Of a DNA stretch of 64,000 nucleotides, positions 22,404-32,613 are shown one piece after another. The notes below the pieces were generated by a model. The model searched no databases, had not been told where the DNA came from, and saw only the letters and a program-made list of their open reading frames with translations. Position numbers and translations under genes: made by a program. Source of the stretch: an uncultured Alphaproteobacteria bacterium (lineage in GTDB: Bacteria > Pseudomonadota > Alphaproteobacteria > Rhizobiales > CAWCWK01); contig CAWJFE010000001.1 in assembly GCA_963842125.1 (NCBI GenBank), positions 554,924 to 618,923 on the forward strand, read 5' to 3'. The first letter of the stretch is position 1. The number at the start of each line of letters is the position of its first letter.

Positions 22404-22871
22404 TCAGGCCATCCCGTCATCATTGGCGGCGCGCAGGACTTCGTCGTCGGGAAGGAGTTCCATCGAGTAATCGTCGGACCCTCCCGCGCCGCCGCGCCGG
22501 GCGAGCGGCGTGACGTTGGCACCGAGGCAGGGGGCCATGACGAGAAGGATGCAGCTCGGACTCTCGTCGCGCGTGCCTTCATAGGCATGGGGGGCGCCGG
22601 GCGGGATCACGACGACCGTACCCTTGTCCGCCTCGACCCGGGTGTCCCCGCACCGAACCGAGATCGAACCGTCTATGACGACGAGGATCTCGTATTCGCC
22701 GACATGGCGGTGGAGCGACGTGCCGAAACCCTTCGCAACCATCTTCTGCCAGACGCCGAGCGCGCCGCCCGTCGCCTCGAAGGGCACGCTGAGGACGCGG
22801 GGCAGGCCGAAGAGGCCGCTCGGCTCTCCCGGCCCCGGCCGCCGCACCAGCGGTGCAAAGGCGTCCGCCAT
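22404..22871 (-). CDS. cupin domain protein
   Basis: Single cupin: GTSLHRHVGEYEILVVIDGSISV...VVVIPPGAPHAY. ATG at 22871 follows GGGGGAATCGAG. Confidence 0.65.
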   Translation of the reverse strand: MADAFAPLVRRPGPGEPSGLFGLPRVLSVPFEATGGALGVWQKMVAKGFGTSLHRHVGEYEILVVIDGSISVRCGDTRVEADKGTVVVIPPGAPHAYEGTRDESPSCILLVMAPCLGANVTPLARRGGAGGSDDYSMELLPDDEVLRAANDDGMA

Positions 22872-23175
22872 CTCGATTCCCCCTCGGCCCAACGGGGCAC
22901 CCGACAAACGACACAATAGAAGCGACCTCTAGGACGCAACCCCCATATGGGGGCTATGGCAGGCGTTCGAGCCCCGTGTCGTCATGCGTGGTGCCTCTGG
23001 CGGCGCCGTCTCGCTCTCCTCCTCCGCGCGGCGCCAAGGCAGCGGACCGAAGACGATTTGCTTGCCCCCCAAATTCCTGCATAGTGCCGCGTGATCGGGC
23101 TCTCAGACCCGACTCTTGAGGGGGAAGGTCCTTGCCGAAAGGTCGGCGACGGACCTCACGGACAGACGGGATATC

Positions 23176-25296
23176 ATGGAACCGACACTCTGGATCATCA
23201 TCGCATGCGGTGCGCTGTCGCTCGTCTACGGCGTCTGGGCCGTGCAATCGGTGCTGGCCGCCGATAGCGGTTCGGCCCGCATGCGCGAAATCGCCGGCGC
23301 CATCCAGGAAGGCGCGACCGCCTACCTGACGCGGCAATATACGACCATAGCGCTCGTCGGCGTCGTGATCTTCGCCATCACCTGGCTCCTCCTCGGCCTC
23401 CTCGTCGCCATCGGCTTTCTGATCGGCGCCATCCTTTCGGGGCTCGCGGGCTTCATCGGCATGCTGGTCTCGGTGCGCGCCAATGTGCGCGTCACGCAGG
23501 CCTCGTCCCGCTCGCTCGGTGCCGGTCTCGAGGTCGCCTTCAAGTCGGGCGCGGTGACGGGCATGCTCGTCGCCGGGCTCGCCTTGCTGGGCGTCACGAT
23601 CTACTTCCTCGTCCTGACGACTTGGCTGGAGTTCGAGCCGGGCGCGCGCACGGTCATCGACGCGCTCGTAGCCCTCGGCTTCGGCGCCTCCCTCATCTCG
23701 ATCTTCGCCCGTCTCGGCGGCGGCATCTTCACCAAGGGTGCCGATGTCGGCGGCGATCTCGTCGGCAAGGTCGAGGCCGGCATCCCGGAAGACGATCCGC
23801 GCAATCCCGCCACCATCGCCGACAACGTGGGCGACAATGTCGGCGACTGCGCCGGCATGGCGGCCGACCTCTTCGAGACCTATGCCGTCACCGTCGTCGC
23901 GACGATGGTCCTCGCGTCCATCTATTTTGCCGGTACCGAGTTCCTGCTGCCGATGATGGTCTTCCCGCTCGCCATCGGCGGCGCCTGCGTCATCACCTCG
24001 ATCATCGGCACGTTCTTCGTGAAGCTCGGCGCCAACTCCTCGATCATGGGCGCACTCTATAGAGGCTTCATCGTCACGTCGGTGCTCTCGCTCATCGCGC
24101 TCGTGCCCGTCACCTACGTCATGCTCGGCTTCGACACCGAGTTCGTGACCTCGCGCGGCGTCGCCTTCAACGGTCTCGACCTCTTCGGCTGCGGCGTGAT
24201 CGGCCTCGTCATCACCGGCCTCATCATCTGGGTGACCGAGTACTATACGGGCGTGAACTTCCGGCCCGTCAAGTCGATCGCGGCCGCCTCCGAGACCGGC
24301 CACGGCACCAACGTCATCCAGGGCCTTGCCATCTCGATGGAGGCAACGGCGCTGCCCGCCCTCATCATCATCGCGGGCATCCTGGGCACCTACGCGCTGG
24401 CCGGCCTCTTCGGCATCGCGATCGCCGTCACCACGATGCTGGCACTGGCCGGCATGGTCGTCGCCCTCGACGCCTTCGGTCCCGTCACCGACAATGCGGG
24501 CGGCATCGCCGAAATGGCCGACCTGCCCTCCGAGGTGCGTGACACGACCGATGCGCTCGACGCCGTCGGCAACACGACGAAGGCCGTCACCAAGGGCTAC
24601 GCCATCGGCTCGGCGGGTCTGGGCGCGCTCGTCCTCTTCGCGGCCTATACGGAGGATCTGCGCTTCTTCGCCGAGATCGCGGAGCCGGGCAGCTATTTCG
24701 ACGGCGTCGTCGCCGACTTCTCGCTGTCGAGCCCCTACGTCGTCGTCGGTCTCCTCTTCGGCGGTCTGCTGCCTTACCTCTTCGCCTCGATGGGCATGAC
24801 GGCCGTCGGCCGCGCCGCCGGATCGATCGTCGAGGAGGTGCGCCGGCAGTTCCGCGAGAAGCCCGGCATCATGGAAGGGCGCGACCGGCCGGACTACAAG
24901 GCCGCCGTCGACCTTCTCACCAAGGCCGCGATCAAGGAGATGATCGTGCCCTCGCTCCTGCCCGTCCTCTCGCCGATCGTCCTCTACTTCGCGATCCTGG
25001 CGATCTCGGACAAGTCGGCCGCCTTCTCCGCCGTCGGCGCGATGCTCCTCGGCGTCATCGTCACCGGCCTCTTCGTCGCGCTCTCCATGACCGCCGGCGG
25101 CGGCGCCTGGGACAATGCGAAGAAATACATCGAGGACGGGCATCATGGCGGCAAGGGCTCGGAAGCCCACAAGGCCGCCGTGACCGGCGACACGGTGGGC
25201 GATCCTTACAAGGACACCGCCGGCCCGGCCGTGAACCCGATGATCAAGATCACCAACATCGTCGCGCTGCTGCTGCTCGCGGTGCTCGGGCACTAG
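23176..25296 (+). CDS. hppA: membrane-bound H+-translocating pyrophosphatase
   Basis: [23 protein letters not shown] and [21 protein letters not shown] signatures. About 16 TM segments, 706 aa from [10 protein letters not shown]. Confidence 0.95.
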   Translation: MEPTLWIIIACGALSLVYGVWAVQSVLAADSGSARMREIAGAIQEGATAYLTRQYTTIALVGVVIFAITWLLLGLLVAIGFLIGAILSGLAGFIGMLVSVRANVRVTQASSRSLGAGLEVAFKSGAVTGMLVAGLALLGVTIYFLVLTTWLEFEPGARTVIDALVALGFGASLISIFARLGGGIFTKGADVGGDLVGKVEAGIPEDDPRNPATIADNVGDNVGDCAGMAADLFETYAVTVVATMVLASIYFAGTEFLLPMMVFPLAIGGACVITSIIGTFFVKLGANSSIMGALYRGFIVTSVLSLIALVPVTYVMLGFDTEFVTSRGVAFNGLDLFGCGVIGLVITGLIIWVTEYYTGVNFRPVKSIAAASETGHGTNVIQGLAISMEATALPALIIIAGILGTYALAGLFGIAIAVTTMLALAGMVVALDAFGPVTDNAGGIAEMADLPSEVRDTTDALDAVGNTTKAVTKGYAIGSAGLGALVLFAAYTEDLRFFAEIAEPGSYFDGVVADFSLSSPYVVVGLLFGGLLPYLFASMGMTAVGRAAGSIVEEVRRQFREKPGIMEGRDRPDYKAAVDLLTKAAIKEMIVPSLLPVLSPIVLYFAILAISDKSAAFSAVGAMLLGVIVTGLFVALSMTAGGGAWDNAKKYIEDGHHGGKGSEAHKAAVTGDTVGDPYKDTAGPAVNPMIKITNIVALLLLAVLGH

Positions 25297-25337
25297 GTCG
25301 ACAAGCGGGCCCCAAGGGACCCGCGCGAGACAAAAAG

Positions 25338-25373
25338 AAGGGGCGCCCGGTCGAGCCGGAGCGCCCCTTTTGC
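25338..25373. terminator. bidirectional rho-independent terminator between hppA and bamE
   Basis: Perfect 9-bp GC-rich stem aaggggcgc(25338-46)/gcgcccctt(25361-69). Followed by TTTTG on the + strand and by TTCTTTTTG on the - strand. Confidence 0.65.
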
Positions 25374-25401
25374 CGTCGAGCCAACCTTGGCCGGAAACGC
25401 T

Positions 25402-25842
25402 CTACCCGAACGGGCGGGCGGCGACGCCGGAGATGAGCTGCGAGATGAACGAGAGCTCCTTGCCCGTCGTCGGCGTCTTGCGGTCGGAGAAGTTGAAGAC
25501 CTTGCCGTCCTTCAGCCCATAATTGGAGACGTCGGTCACGGTCTCGTTGGTGTCGAAGGCGACGGCCACGACCTGCTGCTGCGTGATGCGCGGGTTCATG
25601 AACTTGACCGGCCGCTCCATCTGCTGGGCGACGTAGTAATAGACCTCGCGCCCGCCATCGAACGTGTTGCGCACCGAGGGGCTACCGAGCGCGAGCAGCA
25701 CCTGCTCCTTTGTGGCCCCGCTCGGGATCTGCTCGAGCTGCGCCTCCTGGAGGAGGAAGCCGTGGTGGATCGTCTCGCCCGCGCAGCCGGTCAGGCCGAG
25801 CACGGCAAGGAGCGGGAGGGCGAGGAGGGAGCGATGCGTCAT
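25402..25842 (-). CDS. bamE: outer membrane protein assembly factor BamE (SmpA/OmlA lipoprotein)
   Basis: Lipobox LAVLGLTGC, then HHGFLLQEAQLEQIPSGATKEQVLLALGSP, typical of BamE. 146 aa from MTHRSLL. Confidence 0.8.
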   Translation of the reverse strand: MTHRSLLALPLLAVLGLTGCAGETIHHGFLLQEAQLEQIPSGATKEQVLLALGSPSVRNTFDGGREVYYYVAQQMERPVKFMNPRITQQQVVAVAFDTNETVTDVSNYGLKDGKVFNFSDRKTPTTGKELSFISQLISGVAARPFG

Positions 25843-26051
25843 GGTCGTCGGTCCGTCGTGATTCGTCGGGAGGTCGGAGCCGCTCGCGCGGAGCCTGTCC
25901 CGTCTGGCCATGACGCAGCATTGCGGCCATGCTGGGACGGAGACGGCATGAGGGAGGCACCCGATCCTACGGGCCGCCCCCTGTTCCTGCGGCATGGCCG
26001 GACATATCTCACCTGTCGAGCGAGCCGACCGATCCCGAACCCCTAAGAGCC

Positions 26052-26684
26052 ATGCCCGTGCGCCTCATCCCGCAGACCCTGATCCCCAAATTCCTGCGCC
26101 CCTCCGTGCCGCGCCAGGCCGTCTCGCTCTACGAGGCGCTGCTCTTGCGCGCGCGCGAACCGGTCTACTACGCCGACTGGGGCGTGCCCGATACGATGGA
26201 CGGGCGGCTCGAGATCCTCGAGGTCCACTTGGCCGCGCTCTTTCGCCGGCTGAAGCCCATCGCGCCGCACGGGTCCGATCTCTGGCGCGATACGCTCGAC
26301 TACGCGATGTCGGAGATCGAGCGGGCCATGCGCGAGGTCGGCGTCGGCGACGTGACGGTGCCGAAGAAGATGCGCCGCGTGGCCGAATCGTTCTACGGCC
26401 GCGCCCAGGCCTATGGCGCTGCCCTCGACGCCGGCAACCGGGCGATACTGGCCGAAGCGCTGGCTCGCAACGTCTACCCGGACGATTCGGCGACCGATAC
26501 GCGGACGATGACGCCCCCGGACGGGGTGCTCGCACTGACCGACGACCTCATTGCGCTGGACGCGGCACTCGCGACAACGCGGGATGCCGATCTCATGGCC
26601 GGCCAGCTGACGCTGCCGCCGCCCCGCACCGCTCCGGACATGCCAGCCGCCGACACCCTTCACGCCGAGGCCCCCTGTGTCTGA
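26052..26684 (+). CDS. ubiquinol-cytochrome c chaperone family protein
   Basis: LYEALLLRAREPVYYADWGVPDTMDGRLEILEVHLAALFRRLK matches the Ubiq_cyt_C_chap pattern as I recall it. Start at MPVRLIP. Confidence 0.7.
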   Translation: MPVRLIPQTLIPKFLRPSVPRQAVSLYEALLLRAREPVYYADWGVPDTMDGRLEILEVHLAALFRRLKPIAPHGSDLWRDTLDYAMSEIERAMREVGVGDVTVPKKMRRVAESFYGRAQAYGAALDAGNRAILAEALARNVYPDDSATDTRTMTPPDGVLALTDDLIALDAALATTRDADLMAGQLTLPPPRTAPDMPAADTLHAEAPCV

Positions 26685-27246
26685 ACCGATGAAGCCAGAA
26701 ACGAGCGACCCCGCGGCGAGCCGCCGGCCGATGCATCCGGCGCCCACCGTCACCCGCACCGGCCTGCCGCCCGGGGGCCGCGTGTTCGCGCTCGCGGCCG
26801 ATACCGAACACCGGGCGCGGCTGCGCAAGGAGCTTCGCCTCACGGGGCTCGACCGATTCGAGGCCGATCTGACGGCCGAGCGCGCGCCGGCCGACGGCAT
26901 CCGCGTGCGGGGCCGGATCGCGGCCGATCTCGTTCAGGCCTGCGTCCTCACGCTGGTCGATCTCCCGGCCTCGATCCGCGAGGCGATCGACGTGACCTAT
27001 TCGCCCCATGCGAGCGAACGGATGGAGGATGGCGAGATCGTCATCGATCCCGCCCTCGAGGGGCCGGAGCCGATGGAGGGCGATACGCTCGACCTGGCCG
27101 AGATCGCGCGCGAGCATCTCGTCCTCGCGCTCGACCCCTATCCCAAGGCACCGGGCGCCGAGCTCGACGCCGACCTCGCGACCGACGCCGAGACCTCGCC
27201 CTTCGCCGTGCTGAAGCGTCTGCAGGATGGCGCGAGCGACGCCTGA
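26677..27246 (+). CDS. yceD: YceD/DUF177 family protein
   Basis: [23 protein letters not shown]...[18 protein letters not shown] is the DUF177 C-terminal pattern. Sits in the conserved position upstream of plsX. Confidence 0.75.
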   Translation: MSEPMKPETSDPAASRRPMHPAPTVTRTGLPPGGRVFALAADTEHRARLRKELRLTGLDRFEADLTAERAPADGIRVRGRIAADLVQACVLTLVDLPASIREAIDVTYSPHASERMEDGEIVIDPALEGPEPMEGDTLDLAEIAREHLVLALDPYPKAPGAELDADLATDAETSPFAVLKRLQDGASDA

Positions 27247-27286
27247 CGCGCGTCGTGCTCCACGGACGGCCGGGTGCCCCGCCATC

Positions 27287-27325
27287 GATCCTCACATCCA
27301 ATCCTCACATCCGATCCTCACATCG
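27287..27325. repeat. three tandem 13-bp repeats (R-ATCCTCACATC-S)
   Basis: gatcctcacatcc / aatcctcacatcc / gatcctcacatcg read head-to-tail, 40 bp after the yceD stop and 188 bp upstream of the plsX start. Confidence 0.9.
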
Positions 27326-27512
27326 CAGTGTTGCAATGGATGGCAAAACCGTTGGCCCTGGCGCCGCAATCTCCCTATGGTCCCGCCGCACGAGGCCGAT
27401 CCGCCCATTCCACGGCGATCGCCTCCGCCCCGCAACAACCGCTACGGCCCTGCATGAACCGCCCGAACCCGATCCCGCCGACCGCGCGTCCCTCGGCCGG
27501 GAGGCCCCGCCG

Positions 27513-28574
27513 ATGAGCGATACGATCACCATCGCGCTCGATGCGATGGGCGGCGATGTCGGGCCGGCCGTCGTCGTGCCGGGCGCGGCGCGGGCACTCC
27601 AGGACCACCCGGACTGCGCCTTCGCCTTCTTCGGCGACGAGGCCCGCATCCGGGCCGAGATGGCCGCGCACCCCGCGCTCGCCAACTCGGAGGTCCACCA
27701 CACCGACATCGCCGTCTCGATGGACGAGAAGCCGAGCCAGGCGCTGCGGCGCGGCCGCAAGGTCTCCTCGATGTGGCTGGCGCTCGACGCGGTCAAGCAG
27801 CGCCGCGCGCACGCCGCCGTCTCGGCCGGCAATACGGGCGCGCTCATGGCCATGTCGCGGCTCTGCGTGAAGATGGTGCCCGGCATCGAGCGCCCCGCCA
27901 TCGCCGCCGTCTGGCCGACGCTGCGGGGTCGCTCGATCGTCCTCGACGTCGGCGCGACCATCGGCGCGGAGGCGGGCCAGCTTGTCGACAATGCCGTCAT
28001 GGGCGCCGCGATGGCGCGCGCGCTCTTTGCCAAGGACCGCCCCACCGTCGGTCTCCTCAATATCGGCGTCGAGGAGGTCAAGGGCCTCGACGGCGTGCGC
28101 GAGGCCGGAGAGCGGCTGCGCGAGACCGTCCTCCCTGGCTTCGACTATCACGGCTTCGTCGAGGGCGACGACCTCGGCAAGGGCACGGTCGATGTGGTCG
28201 TGACGGAAGGTTTCTCCGGCAATATCGCGCTGAAGACCGCCGAGGGCACCGCGCGCCAGATCGCGGAGTATCTGCGCCTCGCCATGAGCCGCACGCTGCG
28301 CTCCAAGATCGGCTACCTCCTCGCCAAGGACGCCTTCGACGAGTTGCGCGACCGGATGGACCCGCGCAAGGTCAATGGCGGCGTCTTCCTCGGGCTGGAC
28401 GGCATCGTCATCAAGAGCCATGGCGGAACGGACGCCGAGGGTTTCGCGGCCGCCGTCACCAATGCCTATAACGTCGCCCGCTTTGGGCTCGTCGACCGGA
28501 TCACCGCCGACCTGACGCAGCTGCGGCCTAGTGACGATCAGCCAGACGACGCACGCGAGGAGGATGCGGCATGA
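27513..28574 (+). CDS. plsX: phosphate acyltransferase PlsX
   Basis: [55 protein letters not shown]. Confidence 0.9.
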   Translation: MSDTITIALDAMGGDVGPAVVVPGAARALQDHPDCAFAFFGDEARIRAEMAAHPALANSEVHHTDIAVSMDEKPSQALRRGRKVSSMWLALDAVKQRRAHAAVSAGNTGALMAMSRLCVKMVPGIERPAIAAVWPTLRGRSIVLDVGATIGAEAGQLVDNAVMGAAMARALFAKDRPTVGLLNIGVEEVKGLDGVREAGERLRETVLPGFDYHGFVEGDDLGKGTVDVVVTEGFSGNIALKTAEGTARQIAEYLRLAMSRTLRSKIGYLLAKDAFDELRDRMDPRKVNGGVFLGLDGIVIKSHGGTDAEGFAAAVTNAYNVARFGLVDRITADLTQLRPSDDQPDDAREEDAA

Positions 28575-29572
28575 CCAAGGCAGTACCGCATTCCGCCGGT
28601 CTCAGGCGCTCCGTCGTCGTCGGCACCGGCAGCTACCTGCCCGCGCGCACCGTCACCAATGACGACATGGCCAAGATCGTCGAGACGTCGCACGAATGGA
28701 TCGTCCAGCGCACCGGCATCGAGGCGCGCCATTTCGCGGCCGAAGGCGAGACCACCTCCGCCCTCGCGCTCCACGCCGCCCGCGCGGCGCTCGATGATGC
28801 CGGCCTGACGGCGGGCGATATCGACCTCATCGTCCTCGCCACCGCCACGCCCGACTACACCTTTCCCGCCACCGCGACCGTCGTGCAGGAGGGGCTCGGC
28901 ATCACGCGCGGCGCCGCCTTCGACGTCGGAGCGGTCTGTTCGGGCTTCGTCTTCGCGCTGGCCACGGCCGACAACGCGCTCCGGCTCGGCCAGTTCGAGC
29001 GCGCGCTCGTCATCGGCGCGGAGACGTTCAGTCGCATTCTCGATTTCGAGGACCGCACGACCTGCGTCCTCTTCGGCGACGGTGCGGGCGCGGTCGTGCT
29101 GGAGGGCCGCGAGGTGGGGGTGGAGGGCGATGCGCGCGGCATCCTCACCACGCACCTGCGTTCCGACGGGCGCCACCGCGACAAGCTCTATGTCGATGGC
29201 GGCGTCTCGCGCACGCAAACGGCGGGCGTGCTCAAGATGGAGGGCCGCGAGGTCTTCAAGCACGCCGTCGGAATGATTACCGACGTCATCGAGGATGCCT
29301 TCGCCGCCACCGGCGAGACGGCCTCGACCATCGACTGGTTCGTGCCGCACCAGGCCAACAAGCGCATCATCGACGCCTCGGCGAAGAAGCTGGGCATCGC
29401 GCCCGGCAAGGTCGTCACGACCGTGCAGGGTCATGGCAACACGTCGGCCGCCTCCATCCCCCTCGCGCTCGACGCGGCGCGCCGGGACGGGCGGATCGAG
29501 ACGGGCGACCTCGTTCTTCTGGAAGCGATGGGCGGCGGCTTCACCTGGGGGTCGGCACTGCTGCGCTGGTAG
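28571..29572 (+). CDS. fabH: beta-ketoacyl-ACP synthase III
   Basis: Active-site [36 protein letters not shown] overlap with plsX. Confidence 0.9.
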   Translation: MTKAVPHSAGLRRSVVVGTGSYLPARTVTNDDMAKIVETSHEWIVQRTGIEARHFAAEGETTSALALHAARAALDDAGLTAGDIDLIVLATATPDYTFPATATVVQEGLGITRGAAFDVGAVCSGFVFALATADNALRLGQFERALVIGAETFSRILDFEDRTTCVLFGDGAGAVVLEGREVGVEGDARGILTTHLRSDGRHRDKLYVDGGVSRTQTAGVLKMEGREVFKHAVGMITDVIEDAFAATGETASTIDWFVPHQANKRIIDASAKKLGIAPGKVVTTVQGHGNTSAASIPLALDAARRDGRIETGDLVLLEAMGGGFTWGSALLRW

Positions 29573-29600
29573 GCGACCATCCGCACCTTATGACTAAAAT

Positions 29601-29667
29601 CCCCCAATTGACCCTTCAGGGGTGAAGGGCATAGCGTCCGCAGGGATGGCTTTTGGGGGGCCTTCAC
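29601..29667 (+). promoter_or_regulatory. structured leader upstream of ihfA with mutually exclusive hairpins
   Basis: cccccaa(29601-07) pairs with ttggggg(29653-59) and encloses hairpin cccttca(29612-18)/tgaaggg(29623-29). gtgaagg(29622-28) can instead pair with ccttcac(29661-67). Function unknown. Confidence 0.3.
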
Positions 29668-29698
29668 GCTTTCAGAGCGCGGGACAGGTAATAGCAGT

Positions 29699-29998
29699 AT
29701 GAGTGGACGCACCGTGACGCGCGCCGATCTGGCCGAGACGCTCTATAGCCGTGTCGGCCTCAGCCGGGCCGAATCGGCGGGCCTCGTCGAGATGGTTCTC
29801 GCCGAGATCACCGAGAGCCTCGTCGCCGGCGAGGACGTCAAGCTCTCCTCCTTCGGCGCCTTCGAGGTGCGCGAGAAGGGGGAGCGGATCGGCCGCAATC
29901 CGAAGACCGGCGAGGAAGTGCCGATCACGCCGCGCCGCGTGATGGTCTTCCGGGCCAGCAACGTCCTGAAATCCCGCATCGCCAATAGCGGCGCGTGA
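29699..29998 (+). CDS. ihfA: integration host factor subunit alpha
   Basis: [37 protein letters not shown], the HU/IHF beta-arm motif. 99 aa. Confidence 0.9.
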   Translation: MSGRTVTRADLAETLYSRVGLSRAESAGLVEMVLAEITESLVAGEDVKLSSFGAFEVREKGERIGRNPKTGEEVPITPRRVMVFRASNVLKSRIANSGA

Positions 29999-30009
29999 GG
30001 CCGCGTTCG

Positions 30010-30828
30010 ATGAACGCCCCCGTCCATGCGCCGGAGGGGATCGACAGACCCGCCGACGCAGCCGCCGACACCAGCGCGAACCCCGACACCGAGCCGGGCA
30101 CGCCGCATCGGGACACCCAGCTCGAGATCGCCTCGGACGAGGATGCGCCGAACCCCGACGCACCCAACCCCGACGCACAGGCCGACGACGCCGTGCTGCG
30201 CAAGCCCACGGGCAAGGCGCCCGAAGCCTATCGCACCATCTCCGAAGTCGCCGACGCGCTCGACGTGCCGCAGCACGTGCTCCGGTTCTGGGAGACCAAG
30301 TTCACCCAGGTCAAACCGCTGAAGCGCGCGGGTGGGCGCCGCTACTACCGCCCCGACGACGTCGTCCTCCTCCAGGGCATCCGCCACCTCCTCTACGGCG
30401 AGGGGTACACGCTGCGGGGCGTTCAGCGCATCCTGCGCGAGAAGGGCGTCAGGAGCGTCAAGGCGATCGGCGGCACCGTGACCGGCGAGGCTATCGGTGA
30501 CCCGCCGCCGAAGCACAAGGCGGTCCACGCCGCATCGTCCCCGGCCGGAACGTCAGGGGGCGAAGCCCCCGTAGGCGCGCCTGTGAGCGGCGAGGCGGCG
30601 ACCGACGCGTCGAACGCACCGTCCGATACGCACACCGAACGGGCACCGCCCGGCAGCGGGGTCGTGTCCAGCGGAGCCGAGGAGCCGACGGCCGCCTCGG
30701 CAATCACGCCCCGGACGCCCAGTCTCTCGGCATCCGCAAGGGCCCGCCTCGAAGACGCGTTGCGCACGCTCGATCGGGCCGAATCGGTCCTCCTCGCGCA
30801 GGTCGGAGAGCCCGGCGAGGACGACTGA
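30010..30828 (+). CDS. MerR family transcriptional regulator
   Basis: [48 protein letters not shown]. Conserved partner downstream of ihfA in alphaproteobacteria. Long low-complexity N- and C-terminal tails. A GTG at 29995 is an alternative start. Confidence 0.8.
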   Translation: MNAPVHAPEGIDRPADAAADTSANPDTEPGTPHRDTQLEIASDEDAPNPDAPNPDAQADDAVLRKPTGKAPEAYRTISEVADALDVPQHVLRFWETKFTQVKPLKRAGGRRYYRPDDVVLLQGIRHLLYGEGYTLRGVQRILREKGVRSVKAIGGTVTGEAIGDPPPKHKAVHAASSPAGTSGGEAPVGAPVSGEAATDASNAPSDTHTERAPPGSGVVSSGAEEPTAASAITPRTPSLSASARARLEDALRTLDRAESVLLAQVGEPGEDD

Positions 30829-30930
30829 GAAACGGTGCGGACCGCGCCGGCGTGATGCGCATCACGTCGGTGGGGAACGGCAGGGAGCCGGTGTAGAACT
30901 TGCGCCTGCGAACGTTGGTTCGTCCCCCTC

Positions 30931-31107
30931 CCTCCCCTCCTCGTCCTCCTCGGGCACCGACCCGAGGATTCAGAGCGTCGACCGCGTCGCCTTGATCGCG
31001 GGCGAACCGCCACGTTTTCTCTGATCGGCCGAACGGTCTATTTGGGTTCTACCTATTGCGCCCTGAATTCTCGGGTCGGTGCCCGGGGATGACGGCAAGA
31101 GGTGGGG
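30931..31107. repeat. MITE-like element: about 43-bp imperfect terminal inverted repeats around an 89-bp core
   Basis: The left arm cctcccctcctcgtcctcctcgggcaccgacccgaggattcag (30931-73) is the near reverse complement of the right arm ctgaattctcgggtcggtgcccggggatgacggcaagaggtgggg (31063-107). A compact relative lies at 62789-62842. Confidence 0.6.
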
Positions 31108-31114
31108 TCGCCAA

Positions 31115-31187
31115 CTAGCGCGCTTTGTTTTTTTCCCGCGGTTCCTTACGCTGCGGTGCTATCGCACCGCCGCTGGAACGGCTCTAG
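31115..31187 (+). repeat. CTAG-bounded hairpin repeat, short form (copy 1)
   Basis: CTAGcgcgct...gttccttacgctgcggtgctatcgcaccgccgctggaacggctCTAG. Internal stem gcggtgc/gcaccgc and outer stem gttcc/ggaac. Related copies at 32614-32721 and 62648-62755. Confidence 0.75.
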
Positions 31188-31200
31188 AGGGGACTCCGTG

Positions 31201-32536
31201 ATGCGTTTGGTGATGGTTGGGTCGGGCTATGTGGGTCTGGTCTCGGGGGCGTGCCTGTCGGATTTCGGGCACGACGTGATCTGCGTCGACAAGGACGCGG
31301 ACAAGATCGCGGGCCTGCGGGCGGGGCGCATTCCGATCTATGAGCCGGGGCTGGAGGCGCTCGTGGCGGCCAATGCCGAGGCGGGCCGGCTGACCTTCTC
31401 CACCGATCTGGCGGGCGCGGTGGCGGGCGCGGACGCGATCTTCATCGGGGTCGGCACGCCGTCCCGGCGCGGCGATGGCTTCGCCGACCTCACTTACGTC
31501 TACGCCGCCGCCGAGGAGATCGCGCACGCGCTGACCGGCCCGGCGGTCATCGTCACGAAGTCGACGGTGCCCGTCGGCACGGGCGACGAGGTCGAGCGGC
31601 GGGTGCGCGCGATCCGGCCCGAACTCGACGTGGCGGTCGTCTCCAACCCCGAGTTCCTGCGCGAGGGCTCCGCGATCGAGGACTTCAAGCGCCCGGACAG
31701 GGTGGTGGTGGGCACCGAAGATCCGGGCGCGCAGGAAGCGATGCGCGAGGTCTACCGCCCGCTCTCGCTCAACGAGACGCCAATTGTCTTCACCGCACGG
31801 CGCACGTCCGAGCTGATCAAATATGCCGGCAACGCCTTCCTGGCCATGAAGATCACGTTCATCAACGAGATGGCGGACCTGGCCGAGAGCCGTGGGCGCG
31901 GACGTGAAGGACGTGGCGCGCGGCATCGGGCTCGACAAGCGCATCGGAGCGAAGTTCCTTCATGCGGGTCCGGGCTATGGCGGCTCGTGCTTCCCGAAGG
32001 ACACGGTCGCGCTCATCCGCACGGCCGAGCAAGCGGGCGCGCCGTCGCGCCTGATCGAGACGGTGGTCCAGGTCAACGATGCCCGGAAGCGCGCCATGGC
32101 GCGGCGCATCATCGAGGCCTGCGGCGGGGACGTACGGGGCCGCCGCATCGCGATCCTCGGCCTCACCTTCAAGCCCAATACCGACGACATGCGCGAGGCG
32201 CCGAGCCTCGCGATCGTGCCGGCGCTGGAGGATGCGGGCGCCGCCATCGTCGCCTTCGACCCCGAAGGCATGGACGAGGCGCGAGGCCTGCTGCCCGGCA
32301 TCGCCTATGCCGAGGACGAATATGCCTGCGCTGAGGGCGCGGACGCGGTGGTGATCCTGACCGAATGGAACCGCTTCCGCGCGCTCGACCTTGGCCGGCT
32401 GAAGGGCACGATGCGGGGGGATGCGTTCGTCGATTTGCGCAACGTCTACTCGGCCGAGATCGCCGAGCGGCACGGGTTCCGATACGCCGGAATCGGCCAG
32501 GGCTCAAGGCGAACGGGACCGGTGCCCAACGAGTAG
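31201..32536 (+). pseudogene. ugd: UDP-glucose 6-dehydrogenase, reading frame broken by a 1-nt insertion near 31890 (or sequencing error)
   Basis: The N-terminal part (MVGSGYVGLVSGACL...KITFINEMADLAE) is in frame 1. The continuation (VGADVKDVARGIGLDKRIGAKFLHAGPGYGGSCFPKD...) is in frame 2 from 31892. Removing one C from agCCgtg restores LAESVGADV. Confidence 0.8.
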
Positions 32537-32553
32537 CCGCCCCGCCACCTATC

Positions 32554-32594
32554 GCGCCCCCCCCTTCTCCCCGAAGGGAGAGGGGGGGTCGCGC
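32554..32594. repeat. long GC hairpin (C8-TTCTCCCC / GGGAGAG-G7) downstream of ugd
   Basis: gcgccccccccttctccccgaagggagagggggggtcgcgc forms an imperfect stem of about 17 bp. No U-tract follows on either strand, so it is more REP-like than a classic terminator. Confidence 0.55.
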
Positions 32595-32613
32595 TGGACG
32601 GCATCACTTGTCG

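Noticed and set aside
27247-27512. Missing rpmF (L32) gene between yceD and plsX
   Set aside because: No frame encodes anything like the MAVPKRKTS... L32 N-terminus. In alphaproteobacteria rpmF is often elsewhere, so its absence is noted but not treated as a gene loss.
30841-30930. tRNA downstream of ihfA-merR (ggttcgtcc resembles a T-arm)
   Set aside because: I could not build an acceptor stem, a T-stem pairing or anticodon-arm geometry around it. No GGTTCGAATCC-type T-loop is present.
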